The translations under genes and the position numbers were made by a program. A DNA stretch of 64,000 nt from Myxococcales bacterium (lineage in GTDB: Bacteria; Desulfobacterota; Binatia; HRBIN30), in NCBI GenBank assembly GCA_037445065.1, contig JBBILD010000011.1:80505-144504 (forward strand). The letters are read 5' to 3'. Of this stretch, positions 1-10,365 are shown in pieces (position 1 is the first letter of the stretch; every line of letters begins with the position of its first letter). The notes under the pieces are model-generated. The model saw only the letters and a program-made list of their open reading frames with translations, had not been told where the DNA came from and searched no databases.

Positions 1-884
1 TTCTTGCGCGGTCGCTCCCCGACCGGAGGAGGAGGTGCCAAGGGGGGGAAGGCCGGGGCACCGCCATCCCGAGCCGTGACGCGGTCCCGCGCTCCGCGTT
101 CCCGGTTCCCGGGAGCGCCGGGCAAGTCGCGCAAATTGATTTTTCCGAGGACCTTGGGCCCGCGCCGCGGAGCCTCCTCGGACGCAATGCCCGGTCCAGC
201 CCCTGCCCCCGGTACTGCAGCTTCGTTTGATGGCGCGACCACTTCTCCCGCTCGGACTTCGAGTCGGGATCCTGCTTCTCCAGCGAGCCGCACTCCTGCG
301 GGGGCGGCTTGCGGTGCTGCGGGTTGTGCAGGTGCCTTGCTGGTGGCTTCCGGTTCGGCTTCTGCGCCGGACGGGCGCGCCGCTTGCTCCGGCAAAACAG
401 GGGGAGCGGGCTCTGGGGCGAGGGTTGGGGCCTCGATTGGTGCTTCGACAAGCACACCAGTTTCCAGTCCCGGCAAGGGCTCGAGTGCGTCCGGAAGGGG
501 CTCCGGACCGGAGAGTGGCGAAGCCACCGGGGCGGCAATGTCACCCGATGTCGGCGGAGAAGTGAGGGCGGGACGAGCGCTACCCGTGCTGGCTGGGCTT
601 GATGCCTGCGCGGCAGAACGGCGCACGATGACGTTTGGCCGTACCCTGCGCTCTACCCGGGTTTGGCCCGCACTGTCCGTGACCACTCGTTCGTCTCCCA
701 CGATACTCGCAGTGCGGTCCGCCTGCCCGATCCCGAGTTCTTGCGCGATCTGCGCCGCTTCCGCCTCGTTCAGGGAGCTGGCCGCTTTCTTCTCACCAAT
801 GCCCACACGCCGAGCGGCATCGATCACTTGTTTTACATCGACGCCCCAGTCCTGGGCAAAATCCCGCACGCGTTTTCCTGCCAT
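1..884 (-). CDS. infB: Translation initiation factor IF-2, N-terminal part (gene runs off the left edge of the window)
   Basis: Minus-strand translation from ATG at 884 reads MAGKRVRDFAQDWGVDVKQVIDAARRVGI..., the typical IF-2 N-terminus, followed by an Ala/Pro/Ser-rich linker. It sits directly downstream of ylxR-nusA, the canonical operon order. The plus-strand ORF 4..903 is its antisense artefact. Confidence 0.8.
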   Translation of the reverse strand, partial: MAGKRVRDFAQDWGVDVKQVIDAARRVGIGEKKAASSLNEAEAAQIAQELGIGQADRTASIVGDERVVTDSAGQTRVERRVRPNVIVRRSAAQASSPASTGSARPALTSPPTSGDIAAPVASPLSGPEPLPDALEPLPGLETGVLVEAPIEAPTLAPEPAPPVLPEQAARPSGAEAEPEATSKAPAQPAAPQAAPAGVRLAGEAGSRLEVRAGEVVAPSNEAAVPGAGAGPGIASEEAPRRGPKVLGKINLRDLPGAPGNRERGARDRVTARDGGAPAFPPLAPPPPVGERPRK

Positions 885-899
885 AAGTGGATCCGTACC

Positions 900-1199
900 T
901 TAGCACATGCCTTTCGTAGCGCGATCGCTGGTCTCATAACTCAGCCGAATCTGCAACCTTTGCTCGCGGTTGAGAGCGTGGCGCAGCGAGGGAATGCGTC
1001 CCTTCCGCCGCAAAAACAGTTCCCAGCACTCCTCCCGTGGATGAATGTAAGCGCTGCGGCCCGTCGCCGCCCCAGTCTTGAGGATCGGACTTCCCTCTGC
1101 CGTGATGCCAAAGCGGATCATCTCGGCTTGCGGGCTGCGCCCGCCGCACCCTACGCACAGGCGGATCGGAATGTGTGGTGGTTTTCGAGGTGTACCCAT
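900..1199 (-). CDS. ylxR: YlxR/RnpM-family (DUF448) RNA-binding protein
   Basis: 99 aa with a CVGCGG..GRSAYIHP motif, located between nusA and infB as in the conserved operon. Confidence 0.75.
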   Translation of the reverse strand: MGTPRKPPHIPIRLCVGCGGRSPQAEMIRFGITAEGSPILKTGAATGRSAYIHPREECWELFLRRKGRIPSLRHALNREQRLQIRLSYETSDRATKGMC

Positions 1200-1211
1200 C
1201 CAATACTCGGC

Positions 1212-2576
1212 TCAGGAACTCGATGGTTCGGCAGAAGAATCGCCGGGAGCGCTACCTGCTTCGGCCTGCGACCCAGCGAGTGCGAGTGCCTCGGTCGAAG
1301 GACTCGGTTCCTCACTCGGCTGGTGTGCCTCCGCTTCCTTTTGCGCCACAAAGGCACGCGCTGCGTTGAGAATCTGGCGAGCCCGGGCGCGTCCAATACC
1401 CTCGATCTCGGCCAAGGTTTCTTCGTCGAACTGGGCAAGTTCTTCCGGGCTCGCGATCCCTTCATCGAAGAGCCGGTCGGCGGTGGCGGCATCGATACCA
1501 GGGACCGCCATGAGTGCTTCGCGCGCATCTTGCGCTTCTTTTGCGGCCTCCGACTCGCTTTTGACGGTGAGGTCGTAGCCCGTGAGCTTGGCCGCAAGGC
1601 GAACGTTTTGTCCGCGACGCCCAATGGCCTGGGCAAGTTCTTCGTCCGGTACGACGATTTCCATTTTCCTTGCGTCCTCGTCCAGCACGATGCGGCTGAC
1701 CTTGGCCGGGGCCAGGGCACGCCGGACGAATTCTACCGGGTGGGGATCCCAAGCGATCACGTCAATCCGTTCTCCGCGCAACTCTTGCGTAATGGACTGC
1801 ACACGGGTCCCACGCATGCCCACACACGCGCCGACCGGGTCCACGTCAGGGTCTTTGGAGGTAACGGCAACTTTTGCACGCGAGCCAGGTTCACGCGCCG
1901 CTGCTTTGATTTCCACGATTCCCTGGGACACCTCGGGCACTTCCTGTTCGAACAGTTTGATCAAAAAGCCCGGGTGCGTGCGAGAGAGGATGATTTCCGG
2001 ACCTTGGCTGGCCATCTCCACACGGAGGATGTAGGCACGGATGTGATCGCCTGGCCGGTAGCGCTCGCGCGGAATCTGCTCTTCCTCGGGCAGGATGGCC
2101 TCGGTGCGCCCGAGATTGACGACAATCTTGCGGCGGTCGGAGCGAGCAACGGTGCCAGAGTGAATTAGCTGTCCTTCCCGCGCTTTGAACTCGTTGTAAA
2201 TGATTTGCTTCTCTAGGTCGCGGATGCGTTGGCCGAGCTGCTGGCGAACCATTTGCGCTGCGATGCGGGTGCGCTCCATCTCGATCCGCTCGAGCAACTC
2301 GTCCCCGAGTTGCGCTTCCGGATCGAATTCTTCCCGCGCCTGCTGTAAGGAAATCTCTCGGTTCGGATCCTGTACTTGCTCGACCACTGTCAGCACGCGG
2401 AATAGTTCCACTTCGCCGAGTTCGGGGTTGTATTTTGCCTCGAGCCGGTATCCTTCCGGGAGCCGTTTGCGCTCCGCCGCTAAGTAGGCCTGCTCCACGG
2501 CTTCGATCACCAAGTCCCGAGCAATGCCCCGCTCGCGGCTTACCTGATCGATCATGCGGCTCAATTCCGTTGCCAT
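1212..2576 (-). CDS. nusA: Transcription termination/antitermination factor NusA
   Basis: 454 aa with NusA N-terminal, S1 and KH domains (GRTEAILPEEEQIPRERYRPGD, VGACVGMRGTRVQSI) and a C-terminal acidic low-complexity tail. Confidence 0.95.
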   Translation of the reverse strand: MATELSRMIDQVSRERGIARDLVIEAVEQAYLAAERKRLPEGYRLEAKYNPELGEVELFRVLTVVEQVQDPNREISLQQAREEFDPEAQLGDELLERIEMERTRIAAQMVRQQLGQRIRDLEKQIIYNEFKAREGQLIHSGTVARSDRRKIVVNLGRTEAILPEEEQIPRERYRPGDHIRAYILRVEMASQGPEIILSRTHPGFLIKLFEQEVPEVSQGIVEIKAAAREPGSRAKVAVTSKDPDVDPVGACVGMRGTRVQSITQELRGERIDVIAWDPHPVEFVRRALAPAKVSRIVLDEDARKMEIVVPDEELAQAIGRRGQNVRLAAKLTGYDLTVKSESEAAKEAQDAREALMAVPGIDAATADRLFDEGIASPEELAQFDEETLAEIEGIGRARARQILNAARAFVAQKEAEAHQPSEEPSPSTEALALAGSQAEAGSAPGDSSAEPSSS

Positions 2577-2580
2577 GGCA

Positions 2581-3090
2581 TCACCTCTTTCCCTTGCCTT
2601 CGTGGGCGCGCATCCCTTCAGGCCAGGCCGGGTCGGACTCCAAGTTTGCCTGTGCGATTTGATCGAAGGGGATTTGCGTTTCGGTCTCTCCCTCCCGCAC
2701 CGAGATGCTGCGCAGGTCTACGCCGGTCAGTTCCCCAGTGAAGGCTTTTCTCCCAGCGATCGGCACGCTCACTTTGACCCGTACCCGTGCCCCTAGGTAG
2801 CGGCGAAAATGCTCGGGTCGCCGTAGTCGGCGGTTGATCCCTGGGGACGACACTTCCAGCACGTACGCTCCCGGAACCACGTCGTGGACGTCGAGCAAAT
2901 CGCTCAGTTGGCGGCTGATGACGGTGAGTTCGTCGAGCGTAACGCCGTGTCCCTCTCGCCGATCGACAAAAAGGCGCAGCACCATGCCGGATCGCTCGCG
3001 CCGGTACTCGATGTCAAAGATCTCGAGCCCCTCGCTCGCTGCCACAGGTTCGGCGATTTCCCACACGCGGGTTGTCACTTCTTCGTACAT
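2581..3090 (-). CDS. rimP: Ribosome maturation factor RimP
   Basis: Start taken at the internal Met (MYEEVTTRVWEIAEPV...). RimP-like sequence placed immediately upstream of nusA. Confidence 0.85.
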   Translation of the reverse strand: MYEEVTTRVWEIAEPVAASEGLEIFDIEYRRERSGMVLRLFVDRREGHGVTLDELTVISRQLSDLLDVHDVVPGAYVLEVSSPGINRRLRRPEHFRRYLGARVRVKVSVPIAGRKAFTGELTGVDLRSISVREGETETQIPFDQIAQANLESDPAWPEGMRAHEGKGKR

Positions 3091-3102
3091 GGTCAACTTT
3101 TC

Positions 3103-3132
3103 AAACAAAAAAAGTGGGCATATCGGCCCACT
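3103..3132 (-). terminator. Rho-independent terminator downstream of greA
   Basis: Perfect 7-bp inverted repeat AGTGGGC-(6 nt loop)-GCCCACT. On the minus strand it is followed by a run of seven T (A run at 3107-3113 on the plus strand). Confidence 0.45.
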
Positions 3133-3284
3133 TTCTTGCGCGGCCAAATTCGTGCCGGAGTGCTTAGCACACCCCGGGCGAGCGCCGCAACGATTGCTTC
3201 GGGAAAGCACGCACCCAGTCGCGGTCGGAGGGCCGCGCCTTCTTTGTGGCTTCGAGTCCGCGGCGAAGTTCCGGTCTCTGGAAC

Positions 3285-3776
3285 TCAGGAGTTGCCGAGA
3301 TCGGTGCGCTCGTGAAGGGTGGTTAGCTCCACAATCGTGTAAATCCGTAGCCCGCGCGGTGTCTGGACTTCGACCTCCTCGCCTGGAGCACGCCCCATGA
3401 GTGCGCGACCGATCGGCGAGTGGATGGAAATTTTTCCTTGCGAGGCGTCCACTTCCTCGGGCATGACGATTTCGAACATGACGGTGTTCCCATCGTCCAC
3501 GTCCCGTACCTTGATGACGCTACCATAACCCACCACGCCGCGCGGAACCGAAGACAAATCGTACAGGGAAAGTTGCCGAATCCGGGCTTCGAGTTGCGCA
3601 ATCCGCGCTCGGACGTACTCCTGCCGGTGTTTGGCAGCGTCGTACTCCGCGTTTTCACTCAGATCGCCGTGGCTCGCCGCCTCTTGCAACTCTTTGGGAA
3701 TCCTACGGGTCAGTTCGTATTGCAGATCGGCGAGTTCCTTTTTGAGTTTCTCGATAATCGGCAGTCCATTGGCCAT
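3285..3776 (-). CDS. greA: Transcription elongation factor GreA
   Basis: 163 aa with an N-terminal coiled coil and a C-terminal FKBP-like domain. Strong GreA-family similarity (LSENAEYDAAK, GKISIHSPIGRALMG). Confidence 0.9.
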   Translation of the reverse strand: MANGLPIIEKLKKELADLQYELTRRIPKELQEAASHGDLSENAEYDAAKHRQEYVRARIAQLEARIRQLSLYDLSSVPRGVVGYGSVIKVRDVDDGNTVMFEIVMPEEVDASQGKISIHSPIGRALMGRAPGEEVEVQTPRGLRIYTIVELTTLHERTDLGNS

Positions 3777-3778
3777 CG

Positions 3779-4978
3779 TTAAATCACCCCGTTTTTTTGG
3801 AGTTCCTGCAGGTCCTTGGCGCTGAGCCCAAGCCAGCTTTCATAAACTTCGCGGTTGTGCGCGCCAAGATGGGGGCCGAGCCATCGGATCGCCGCTGGAG
3901 TTCGCGAAAACTGCATGGGTGTTGCAGCCACCGGGACCTCTCCGAGCGTCTGGTGCTGGATCCACTGGATCCCACCGCGCTCGCGCAGATGCGGATCGCG
4001 GAGCAAGTCGCTCATGGTGAGAACCGGGGCGCAGGGCAAATTGGCGCCCTCAGGCCCGAGCGTGGCGAGCACCTCTTGGACTGTGTGAGAGGCGACCCAG
4101 TCTGCCACCACTTGGTGGACCTCGTCGTGACGTTCCAGGCGGGCTTGCGGGGTTTTGAAGCGCGGGTCGCGCCCAAGTTCTGGTCGCCCAATGGCGGTCA
4201 TTAAGGCGCGGAACAGTGCGCTGTTGCCAACCGCAATGACCACCCAGCCGTCTTTGGCACGGAAGCAATCGTAAGGTGCGGTAAACGGGTGCCGGTTGCC
4301 CATCCTTTTCGGTTCTTGCCCGGTCATGCCAGTTATGGTGACCCAATTGTCGGTCATGCTGAGGATGGCCTCCATGTTCGACACGTCAACGAACTGGCCC
4401 TCCCCGGTCAGGCGGGCGGAAAACAGCGCGCAAACGACGCCAAAAGCCGCAAACAGCCCCCCGATGAAGTCTGCAAGCGCACCACCACCACGGGTCGGCG
4501 GCGCAGCGGCAAAGCCAGTCAGGCTCATCAAGCCCCCCATGGCTTGGGCGATGATGTCGTAAGAAGGTCGCTGGGCGTACGGTCCCGTTTGCCCAAAGCC
4601 AGAAAGGGCCGCGTATACGAGCTTGGGGTTTTCTTGGCGGAGCGAGTCGTAGCCGAGCCCCCAACGGCTCATCGTGCCTGGCGTGAAGTTTTCCACCACC
4701 GCGTCCACCTTGGCAGCTAAGCGCCGCGCCAGTTCTTGCCCTTGGCTGGTACGGAGGTCCAAGGTGATGCACTTCTTGTTCCGGTTCAGCGCTAAGTGGG
4801 CGAGCGGCACTCCGTGGAGGGAGGGATAACCGTAGCGCCCGTCATCGCCGCGCCCCGGCAGTTCCACTTTGATGACTTCTGCTCCCAAATCGCCCAGCAA
4901 CATGGTCGCGTAGGGGCCAGCCACCACACGGGTAAAATCCAAGATGCGAATGCCGCTCAGCGGACCGGATGGGCGCAT
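3779..4978 (-). CDS. Family III CoA-transferase (CaiB/BaiF family)
   Basis: 399 aa with the N-terminal GIRILDFTRVVAGPYATMLLGDLGAEVIKVE motif and family-III CoA-transferase architecture throughout. Confidence 0.85.
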   Translation of the reverse strand: MRPSGPLSGIRILDFTRVVAGPYATMLLGDLGAEVIKVELPGRGDDGRYGYPSLHGVPLAHLALNRNKKCITLDLRTSQGQELARRLAAKVDAVVENFTPGTMSRWGLGYDSLRQENPKLVYAALSGFGQTGPYAQRPSYDIIAQAMGGLMSLTGFAAAPPTRGGGALADFIGGLFAAFGVVCALFSARLTGEGQFVDVSNMEAILSMTDNWVTITGMTGQEPKRMGNRHPFTAPYDCFRAKDGWVVIAVGNSALFRALMTAIGRPELGRDPRFKTPQARLERHDEVHQVVADWVASHTVQEVLATLGPEGANLPCAPVLTMSDLLRDPHLRERGGIQWIQHQTLGEVPVAATPMQFSRTPAAIRWLGPHLGAHNREVYESWLGLSAKDLQELQKNGVI

Positions 4979-4981
4979 ACG

Positions 4982-5164
4982 TTATTTCTCGTCGCCCAGA
5001 AGTTGCTTTGCTTTTTCGTGCGTTTCGTCGCCCCGGTACTTGGATGCGCTGCCGGAGAGCCAGGACCAGGCCTGACTCCACGCCGTCTCGGAGTGATGGA
5101 GATACCAGTACATGAGACCGACCCCAACGACGAAGCCCAGTAAGAAGCGCTTGAGGCTGTTCAT
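4982..5164 (-). CDS. Small hypothetical membrane protein (60 aa, one TM helix)
   Basis: Hydrophobic segment FLLGFVVGVGLMYWYL. The stop is 3 nt upstream of the CoA-transferase start. Short ORF, so uncertain. Confidence 0.35.
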   Translation of the reverse strand: MNSLKRFLLGFVVGVGLMYWYLHHSETAWSQAWSWLSGSASKYRGDETHEKAKQLLGDEK

Positions 5165-5257
5165 ACGGTTATGGCTACGAGCAGCAACGCGCGCCTGTCA
5201 ACGACTTTCTACCCGCGTTCGGTGGCCCTTACCGCGGCTTCAGGAGTCGTTCGTTCC

Positions 5258-5755
5258 TCACTGTGTTTCGCCTTTCTTCTCCCCTTCGGGCTCCTTCTTG
5301 GGCGCCGTGGGGGGAACGGGTGGCTCCTTCGGATCAACAAAAATGGTGATTTCATCGCGACCCCATCGGCCATCAACATCATCGATGCGGCAAGAGACTT
5401 TGTACTCACCTGGGCGCTTGAAGACGTGTACAGGCTCGCGTTCTTTCGAGGTGGTAGCGTCGCCGAAGTCCCAGTGAAACCGGGGCTTCTTGAGTTCCTC
5501 GCCCTCCAAGTCGAGCGTGAACTTCACCTTGAGCGGGGCTTCTCCCATGTCGGGTTCTGCCTCGACCCAAAAGAGGATTTTGTTGAGTAGCTCCAGGTCC
5601 GCCTCGCTGATCGTCGGCAGAGGAGAGGGGGACTGCTTCGGGGTCTGCTCCACCGGGGGGGCAGGGGTAGGTTGGGCAGCCTTCCCTGCCACCCCGAGCC
5701 CACACACCATGCATCCGAACAGCCATCCGGCACTGAGTTTTGTCCGCCAGCGCAT
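5258..5755 (-). CDS. Secreted PKD-domain protein
   Basis: N-terminal signal-like hydrophobic segment after Met at 5755. The WDFGDATTS...GEYKVSC motif is typical of a PKD domain. Confidence 0.6.
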   Translation of the reverse strand: MRWRTKLSAGWLFGCMVCGLGVAGKAAQPTPAPPVEQTPKQSPSPLPTISEADLELLNKILFWVEAEPDMGEAPLKVKFTLDLEGEELKKPRFHWDFGDATTSKEREPVHVFKRPGEYKVSCRIDDVDGRWGRDEITIFVDPKEPPVPPTAPKKEPEGEKKGETQ

Positions 5756-5861
5756 CCGCCTTTGACCTCCACAGTTTTGCGCGCGGCCTTTATCGGAAGG
5801 GCGTTGCTGGTACAAGGTACCGCCGCAGCGGGTACACGCCGATCGGGGAGTCTTCGCGCGC

Positions 5862-6893
5862 TCAGTGCTGCTGGCGAACCCGTTCTCCCGGTTTGTTCTT
5901 TGTGGGTGTTTCGTCCAGAAGGGCCAAGAGGCGCCGCGCTGCCTCGGTGGGAGTGAGGCGGTGGTCTCCGATGGCTGCCTCCAGTTCCGTGAGTACTCGC
6001 TTCACATCGCTGCGCGCAAGAAAATGCGCCACCACGCCATCTTCGACGAGGTCCCAGAACCATTTGCGCCATTGCGCTTCGCGCTTGCGGCGTAGCTCGC
6101 TCGCCTGCGCCAAGGTGTCGTGGTGGCGGCAAATGATCTCCCACACCGTGTCCATGCCTTTGCCGGTGAAGCCGCTGACCGTAATCACCGGCGGCTCCCA
6201 GACCGAGGAACTATGGCGAAAGAGGCGCAGTGCACTGCGGTACTCGGCCGCCGCGCGCTCCGCCGCCTGTACGTTCTCTCCGTCCGCTTTGTTGATGGCC
6301 AAGGCGTCCACCAACTCCAGAATTCCTTTTTTAATGCCCTGCAGTTCGTCGCCAGCACCAGCGAGCATCAGGACCAGAAAAAAGTCCACCATGGACGCAA
6401 CCGTGAACTCCGATTGCCCCACCCCCACGGTCTCGACCAGCACCACGTCGTAACCGGCAGCCTCGCACACTAGGATGGCCTCGCGGGTGCGCCGCGCGAC
6501 GCCACCGAGTGAGCCCCCGGACGGACTGGGCCGTATGAAGGCCTGTGGTGCCACAGACAGCCGAGCCATTCGCGTCTTGTCGCCCAGGATGCTGCCGCCA
6601 GAGATTGCGCTCGACGGGTCCACCGCCAGCACAGCCACTTGCTTCCCTTGCGTGATCAAGTAGAGGCCGAAGGCTTCGATAAACGTGCTTTTGCCCACGC
6701 CCGGGACCCCGCTGATCCCGATGCGGAAGGACTTGCCCGTAAACGGCAACAGCAGCTCGAGCAGTCGCTGCGCCTGCTCCTGATGGTCGGCACGCGTGCT
6801 TTCCACCAGGGTAATCGCTTTCGCGAGCGCTCGCCGATCTCCACTGCGAACGCCTTCAGCAAGCGCTTCGACGGTGGAGATGGTACGGCTCAC
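5862..6893 (-). CDS. meaB: Methylmalonyl-CoA mutase-associated GTPase MeaB (ArgK family)
   Basis: P-loop GVPGVGKST followed by a LAINKADGE motif. The start overlaps the mutase stop by 4 nt. Confidence 0.9.
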   Translation of the reverse strand: MSRTISTVEALAEGVRSGDRRALAKAITLVESTRADHQEQAQRLLELLLPFTGKSFRIGISGVPGVGKSTFIEAFGLYLITQGKQVAVLAVDPSSAISGGSILGDKTRMARLSVAPQAFIRPSPSGGSLGGVARRTREAILVCEAAGYDVVLVETVGVGQSEFTVASMVDFFLVLMLAGAGDELQGIKKGILELVDALAINKADGENVQAAERAAAEYRSALRLFRHSSSVWEPPVITVSGFTGKGMDTVWEIICRHHDTLAQASELRRKREAQWRKWFWDLVEDGVVAHFLARSDVKRVLTELEAAIGDHRLTPTEAARRLLALLDETPTKNKPGERVRQQH

Positions 6894-9097
6894 GCGTGGG
6901 CAACCTTGGATGTGGGTTCTGTTGCTTGGCGCACCAGTTCGAGCACCTGGCGCGCCGCCTTAGGGATCGGGGTGCCTGGTCCGAAAATCGCCTTGACACC
7001 GGCTTGGCGCAAAAAGGCGTAGTCCCGCGAGGGAATGATGCCACCGACGGTCACGATGATGTCGGAAGCGCCGAGCCGCTCGAGTTCCCGAATCAACTGT
7101 GGCACCAGCGTCTTATGGCCGCCCGATTGGGTCGAGATCCCCACCACATGAACGTCGTTTTCCACCGCTTGGCGGGCCACTTCTTCTGGGGTTTGGAAGA
7201 GGGTACCGATGTCCACGTCGAAGCCCAAGTCCGCGAACGCAGTGGCAATCACCTTGGCCCCGCGATCGTGACCGTCTTGCCCCACCTTGGCGACCAGAAT
7301 GCGCGGCCGCCGGCCGTGCTCGTCGGCAAACCGCCGCACCTCTTCGCGCAGTGCTTCCCACTCCGGGTCCTGCCCGTATTCGCGCGCGTAAATGCCGGAT
7401 ACGGAGCGGATTTCCGGCTGGTATCGGCCCCACACCTTCTCGAGAGCAGCCGAAATCTCTCCCACCGTGGCACGAGCACGGGCCGCCTCGATGGCCAGGG
7501 CGAGCAGGTTCCCCTCGCCGCTTTCCGCGCAACGAGTGAGCGCAGCCAGCGCTGCCTCTACTTTGGCGCTGTCGCGCTTCGCGCGGATCTCTTTGAGGCG
7601 GGCAATCTGCTTCTCCCGCACGGCGGTGTTGTCAATCTCGCGAATGTCAATTTCCGGTTCTTCCGGAAGCCGGTACTTGTTGACTCCGACGATGATGTCC
7701 TCGCCGCGGTCAATGCGCGCCTGGCGGCGTGCGGCAGTTTCTTCGATGCGCAGCTTGGGCAGCCCCGCTTCGATTGCCTTCACCATGCCACCCATGGCTT
7801 CCACTTCCTCGATGATGTTCATCGCCTTGCGGGCCAAGGCGTGGGTGAGGGATTCCATGAAGTACGACCCGCCCCACGGGTCAATGACTTTGGGGATCCC
7901 CGTTTCGAGCTGGAGGATGAGCTGGGTGTTGCGAGCGATGCGGGCCGCGGTATCGCTCGGCAGGGCGATCGCCTCGTCGTACGAGTTCGTGTGTAAGCTT
8001 TGCGTGCCTCCGAACACGGCCGCCATCGCCTCGATGGTGGTACGTACGATGTTATTGAACGGGTCCTGCTCCGTGAGGCTTGCCCCGGAAGTTTGGCAGT
8101 GAGTCCGCAACATGAGAGAGGTGCGCTTCTTCGGTCGGAAGTGACGCTTCATCAGGGTCGCCCACAGCAAGCGTGCGGCACGCAGCTTGGCCACCTCCAT
8201 GTAGAAGTTCATGCCGATTGCGAAGAAAAACGACAGACGCCCGGCGAACTCGTCAATGTCCAACCCCTTGGACAGTGCCGCGCGCACGTACTCCAGCCCG
8301 TCGGCCAGGGTGAATCCCAACTCGAGGTCGCACGTGGCTCCGGCTTCCTGCATGTGGTAGCCGGAAATCGAGATCGAGTTGAACTTGGGCATTTCCTTGG
8401 CGGTGAACTCGATGATGTCTGCCACGATGCGCATCGAGGGCCCTGGCGGGTAGATGTACGTGTTGCGCACCATGAATTCCTTGAGAATGTCGTTTTGGAT
8501 GGTGCCGGTCAGTTTCGAGCGGTGTACGCCTTGCTCTTCTCCGGCCACGATGAAGCTTGCCAGAACGGGCAGCACCGCACCGTTCATGGTCATGGACACG
8601 GACATCCGGTCCAGCGGCACTCCGTCGAACAAGATCTTCATGTCCTCCACCGAGTCGATCGCGACCCCAGCTTTGCCGACGTCACCGACAACGCGGGGGT
8701 GATCGCTGTCATATCCGCGGTGGGTGGCCAAGTCGAAGGCCACCGAAAGCCCCATTTGCCCTTGCGCGAGGCAGGCGCGGTAGAACGCGTTCGACTCCTC
8801 GGCCGTGGAAAAGCCAGCGTACTGGCGGATGGTCCAAGGCTTCTCCGCGTACATGGTTGCGCGCGGGCCCCGGATGAAGGGGAAGTCGCCCGGGATGGTG
8901 TCGAGAAAATCGAGCCCTTCTACGTCCGCCCGAGTGTACAGTGGCTTTACGTCAATCCCTTCGGGTGTATGCCAAACGAGTTCTTGCGGGTCGCGGCCCT
9001 TGCGCTCTTCGCGCGCAAGCTCCGCCCATCGCTCGAGATTCGCTTTGTCTTGTGCCGCCATCGGTTTCTCCTCGTCCTGCCCGGCTGCGGAGGGCAA
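6890..9097 (-). CDS. Methylmalonyl-CoA mutase, catalytic domain fused to a C-terminal B12-binding domain
   Basis: 735 aa. TIM-barrel mutase domain plus a C-terminal cobalamin-binding module ([23 protein letters not shown]...[13 protein letters not shown]). Confidence 0.9.
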   Translation of the reverse strand: MPSAAGQDEEKPMAAQDKANLERWAELAREERKGRDPQELVWHTPEGIDVKPLYTRADVEGLDFLDTIPGDFPFIRGPRATMYAEKPWTIRQYAGFSTAEESNAFYRACLAQGQMGLSVAFDLATHRGYDSDHPRVVGDVGKAGVAIDSVEDMKILFDGVPLDRMSVSMTMNGAVLPVLASFIVAGEEQGVHRSKLTGTIQNDILKEFMVRNTYIYPPGPSMRIVADIIEFTAKEMPKFNSISISGYHMQEAGATCDLELGFTLADGLEYVRAALSKGLDIDEFAGRLSFFFAIGMNFYMEVAKLRAARLLWATLMKRHFRPKKRTSLMLRTHCQTSGASLTEQDPFNNIVRTTIEAMAAVFGGTQSLHTNSYDEAIALPSDTAARIARNTQLILQLETGIPKVIDPWGGSYFMESLTHALARKAMNIIEEVEAMGGMVKAIEAGLPKLRIEETAARRQARIDRGEDIIVGVNKYRLPEEPEIDIREIDNTAVREKQIARLKEIRAKRDSAKVEAALAALTRCAESGEGNLLALAIEAARARATVGEISAALEKVWGRYQPEIRSVSGIYAREYGQDPEWEALREEVRRFADEHGRRPRILVAKVGQDGHDRGAKVIATAFADLGFDVDIGTLFQTPEEVARQAVENDVHVVGISTQSGGHKTLVPQLIRELERLGASDIIVTVGGIIPSRDYAFLRQAGVKAIFGPGTPIPKAARQVLELVRQATEPTSKVAHA

Positions 9098-9189
9098 GAG
9101 GGCAGAGTGGTATCTAGGCCGAGGCTTCTAGCAATCAGCGGGAAGCGAGCAAACACGCCCGCCCTCCCAACCGCTGCACGGAAGCGGGG

Positions 9190-9435
9190 TCAAGCCTTGC
9201 GTTCGAGCACTTCTCGCTCGCCGTAGAGCTTGCGTACCCGGATCGTACTTGGCGGCGCCACCGCCAAGCACAGTTCGCAAAGTGTGCACTCGTCCAGATT
9301 TTTCTCCACGATTTCGAGCCGCTCCTGGGCTCCGAGGGCGAAGATATTGACCGGGCACACTTCCACTAATTTCCGCGCCAGTTCCGGGTTCCCGGCCACC
9401 TCGGGAGCGACTTCGACGTCAATGAATAGTGCCAT
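9190..9435 (-). CDS. Small 4Fe-4S ferredoxin-like protein
   Basis: 81 aa with CP...C-x2-C-x2-C cysteine spacing (CPVNIF, ECTLCELC). Embedded between sucD and the mutase. Confidence 0.5.
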   Translation of the reverse strand: MALFIDVEVAPEVAGNPELARKLVEVCPVNIFALGAQERLEIVEKNLDECTLCELCLAVAPPSTIRVRKLYGEREVLERKA

Positions 9436-9463
9436 GGAGTGTCCTCTCCTGCAGGAGTTGCCG

Positions 9464-10363
9464 TCACATCCCGAGCCGCTGTTTCACGAGTGCGGGGATG
9501 TCCTCGATGCGCTCGGCAATGGAAATGCCTGCTGCCTGCATGCGCGCGATCTTTTCTGCCGTGGTGTCTGCCTTCCCCTCGACGATCGTGCCGGCATGAC
9601 CGAAACGCATCCCGGGCATCTCGTCCATAAAACGGCCCGCCATGAAGGCCACGATCGGCAAGCGGCTCTTCTTCTCCACGACGTATTGGGCCAGCTCGGC
9701 CTCCATTCGTCCTCCCGGCTCGCAGTAAATCACGATGGCGCGAGTTTCCGGGTCCGCCTCAAATAGGGGCATCAAGTCGGCATACGTGGAACCGATGATT
9801 GCGTCCCCCCCGATCGAGACCGCAGTGGACTGCCCCAGGCCTGCCGCGCTCAGGGTATTGCACATTTCTGTCGTCATACCGCCCGAGCGCGACATCACTC
9901 CCACGAAGCCCTTCTTGAAGGCCTTACGCGCATCCTCCGCTCGCCCGCCGAGACCTCCCATTTTCGCTTCGTCCGGAGAAAGAATTCCCAAACAGTTTGG
10001 CCCGATGATTCGCGCCCCGCGCTGGCGCGCCAGCTCCACCATTTGCGCTACCTCGTAGCGGGGGATCCGCTCGGTCACGATGACGATAAGCTTGATGCCG
10101 GCGTCCAGCGCTTCGAACACCGCGTCGCGCGTGAAGGCTGGCGGCACCGCCACCACCGTGCCATCTACCCGCGTGCGTGAAGTGACCTGCCGGACCGTAT
10201 CGTACACGGGAACCCCGTACACTTCGCGTCCCCCTCGCCCTGGGGTGACCCCGCCCACGATCTTCGAACCGTAATCGAGACACTCCCGGGTCATGTTTAC
10301 CGCTTCGCGACCCGTGATGCCTTGAATAATGAACGTCGTGTCTTTGGTGATCAGGATGGACAT
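9464..10363 (-). CDS. sucD: Succinyl-CoA synthetase alpha subunit
   Basis: Start taken at MSILITKDTTFIIQGITGREA. Carries the CoA-binding and phosphohistidine (GHAGTIV) motifs. Confidence 0.9.
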   Translation of the reverse strand: MSILITKDTTFIIQGITGREAVNMTRECLDYGSKIVGGVTPGRGGREVYGVPVYDTVRQVTSRTRVDGTVVAVPPAFTRDAVFEALDAGIKLIVIVTERIPRYEVAQMVELARQRGARIIGPNCLGILSPDEAKMGGLGGRAEDARKAFKKGFVGVMSRSGGMTTEMCNTLSAAGLGQSTAVSIGGDAIIGSTYADLMPLFEADPETRAIVIYCEPGGRMEAELAQYVVEKKSRLPIVAFMAGRFMDEMPGMRFGHAGTIVEGKADTTAEKIARMQAAGISIAERIEDIPALVKQRLGM

Positions 10364-10365
10364 CG

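Noticed and set aside
4-903. 299-aa plus-strand ORF at the left edge
   Set aside because: It is antisense to the IF-2 N-terminal coding region (minus strand), and its product is a low-complexity Ala/Gly/Ser/Pro sequence.
663-2168. 501-aa plus-strand ORF
   Set aside because: It is entirely antisense to the clearly identifiable nusA/ylxR genes. It has an Arg/Gly/Leu-rich composition typical of high-GC antisense frames.
6896-9226. Plus-strand ORFs 6896..7996, 7392..8102 and 8000..9226
   Set aside because: They are antisense to the methylmalonyl-CoA mutase gene, have no domain signal and show typical GC-frame artefact composition.
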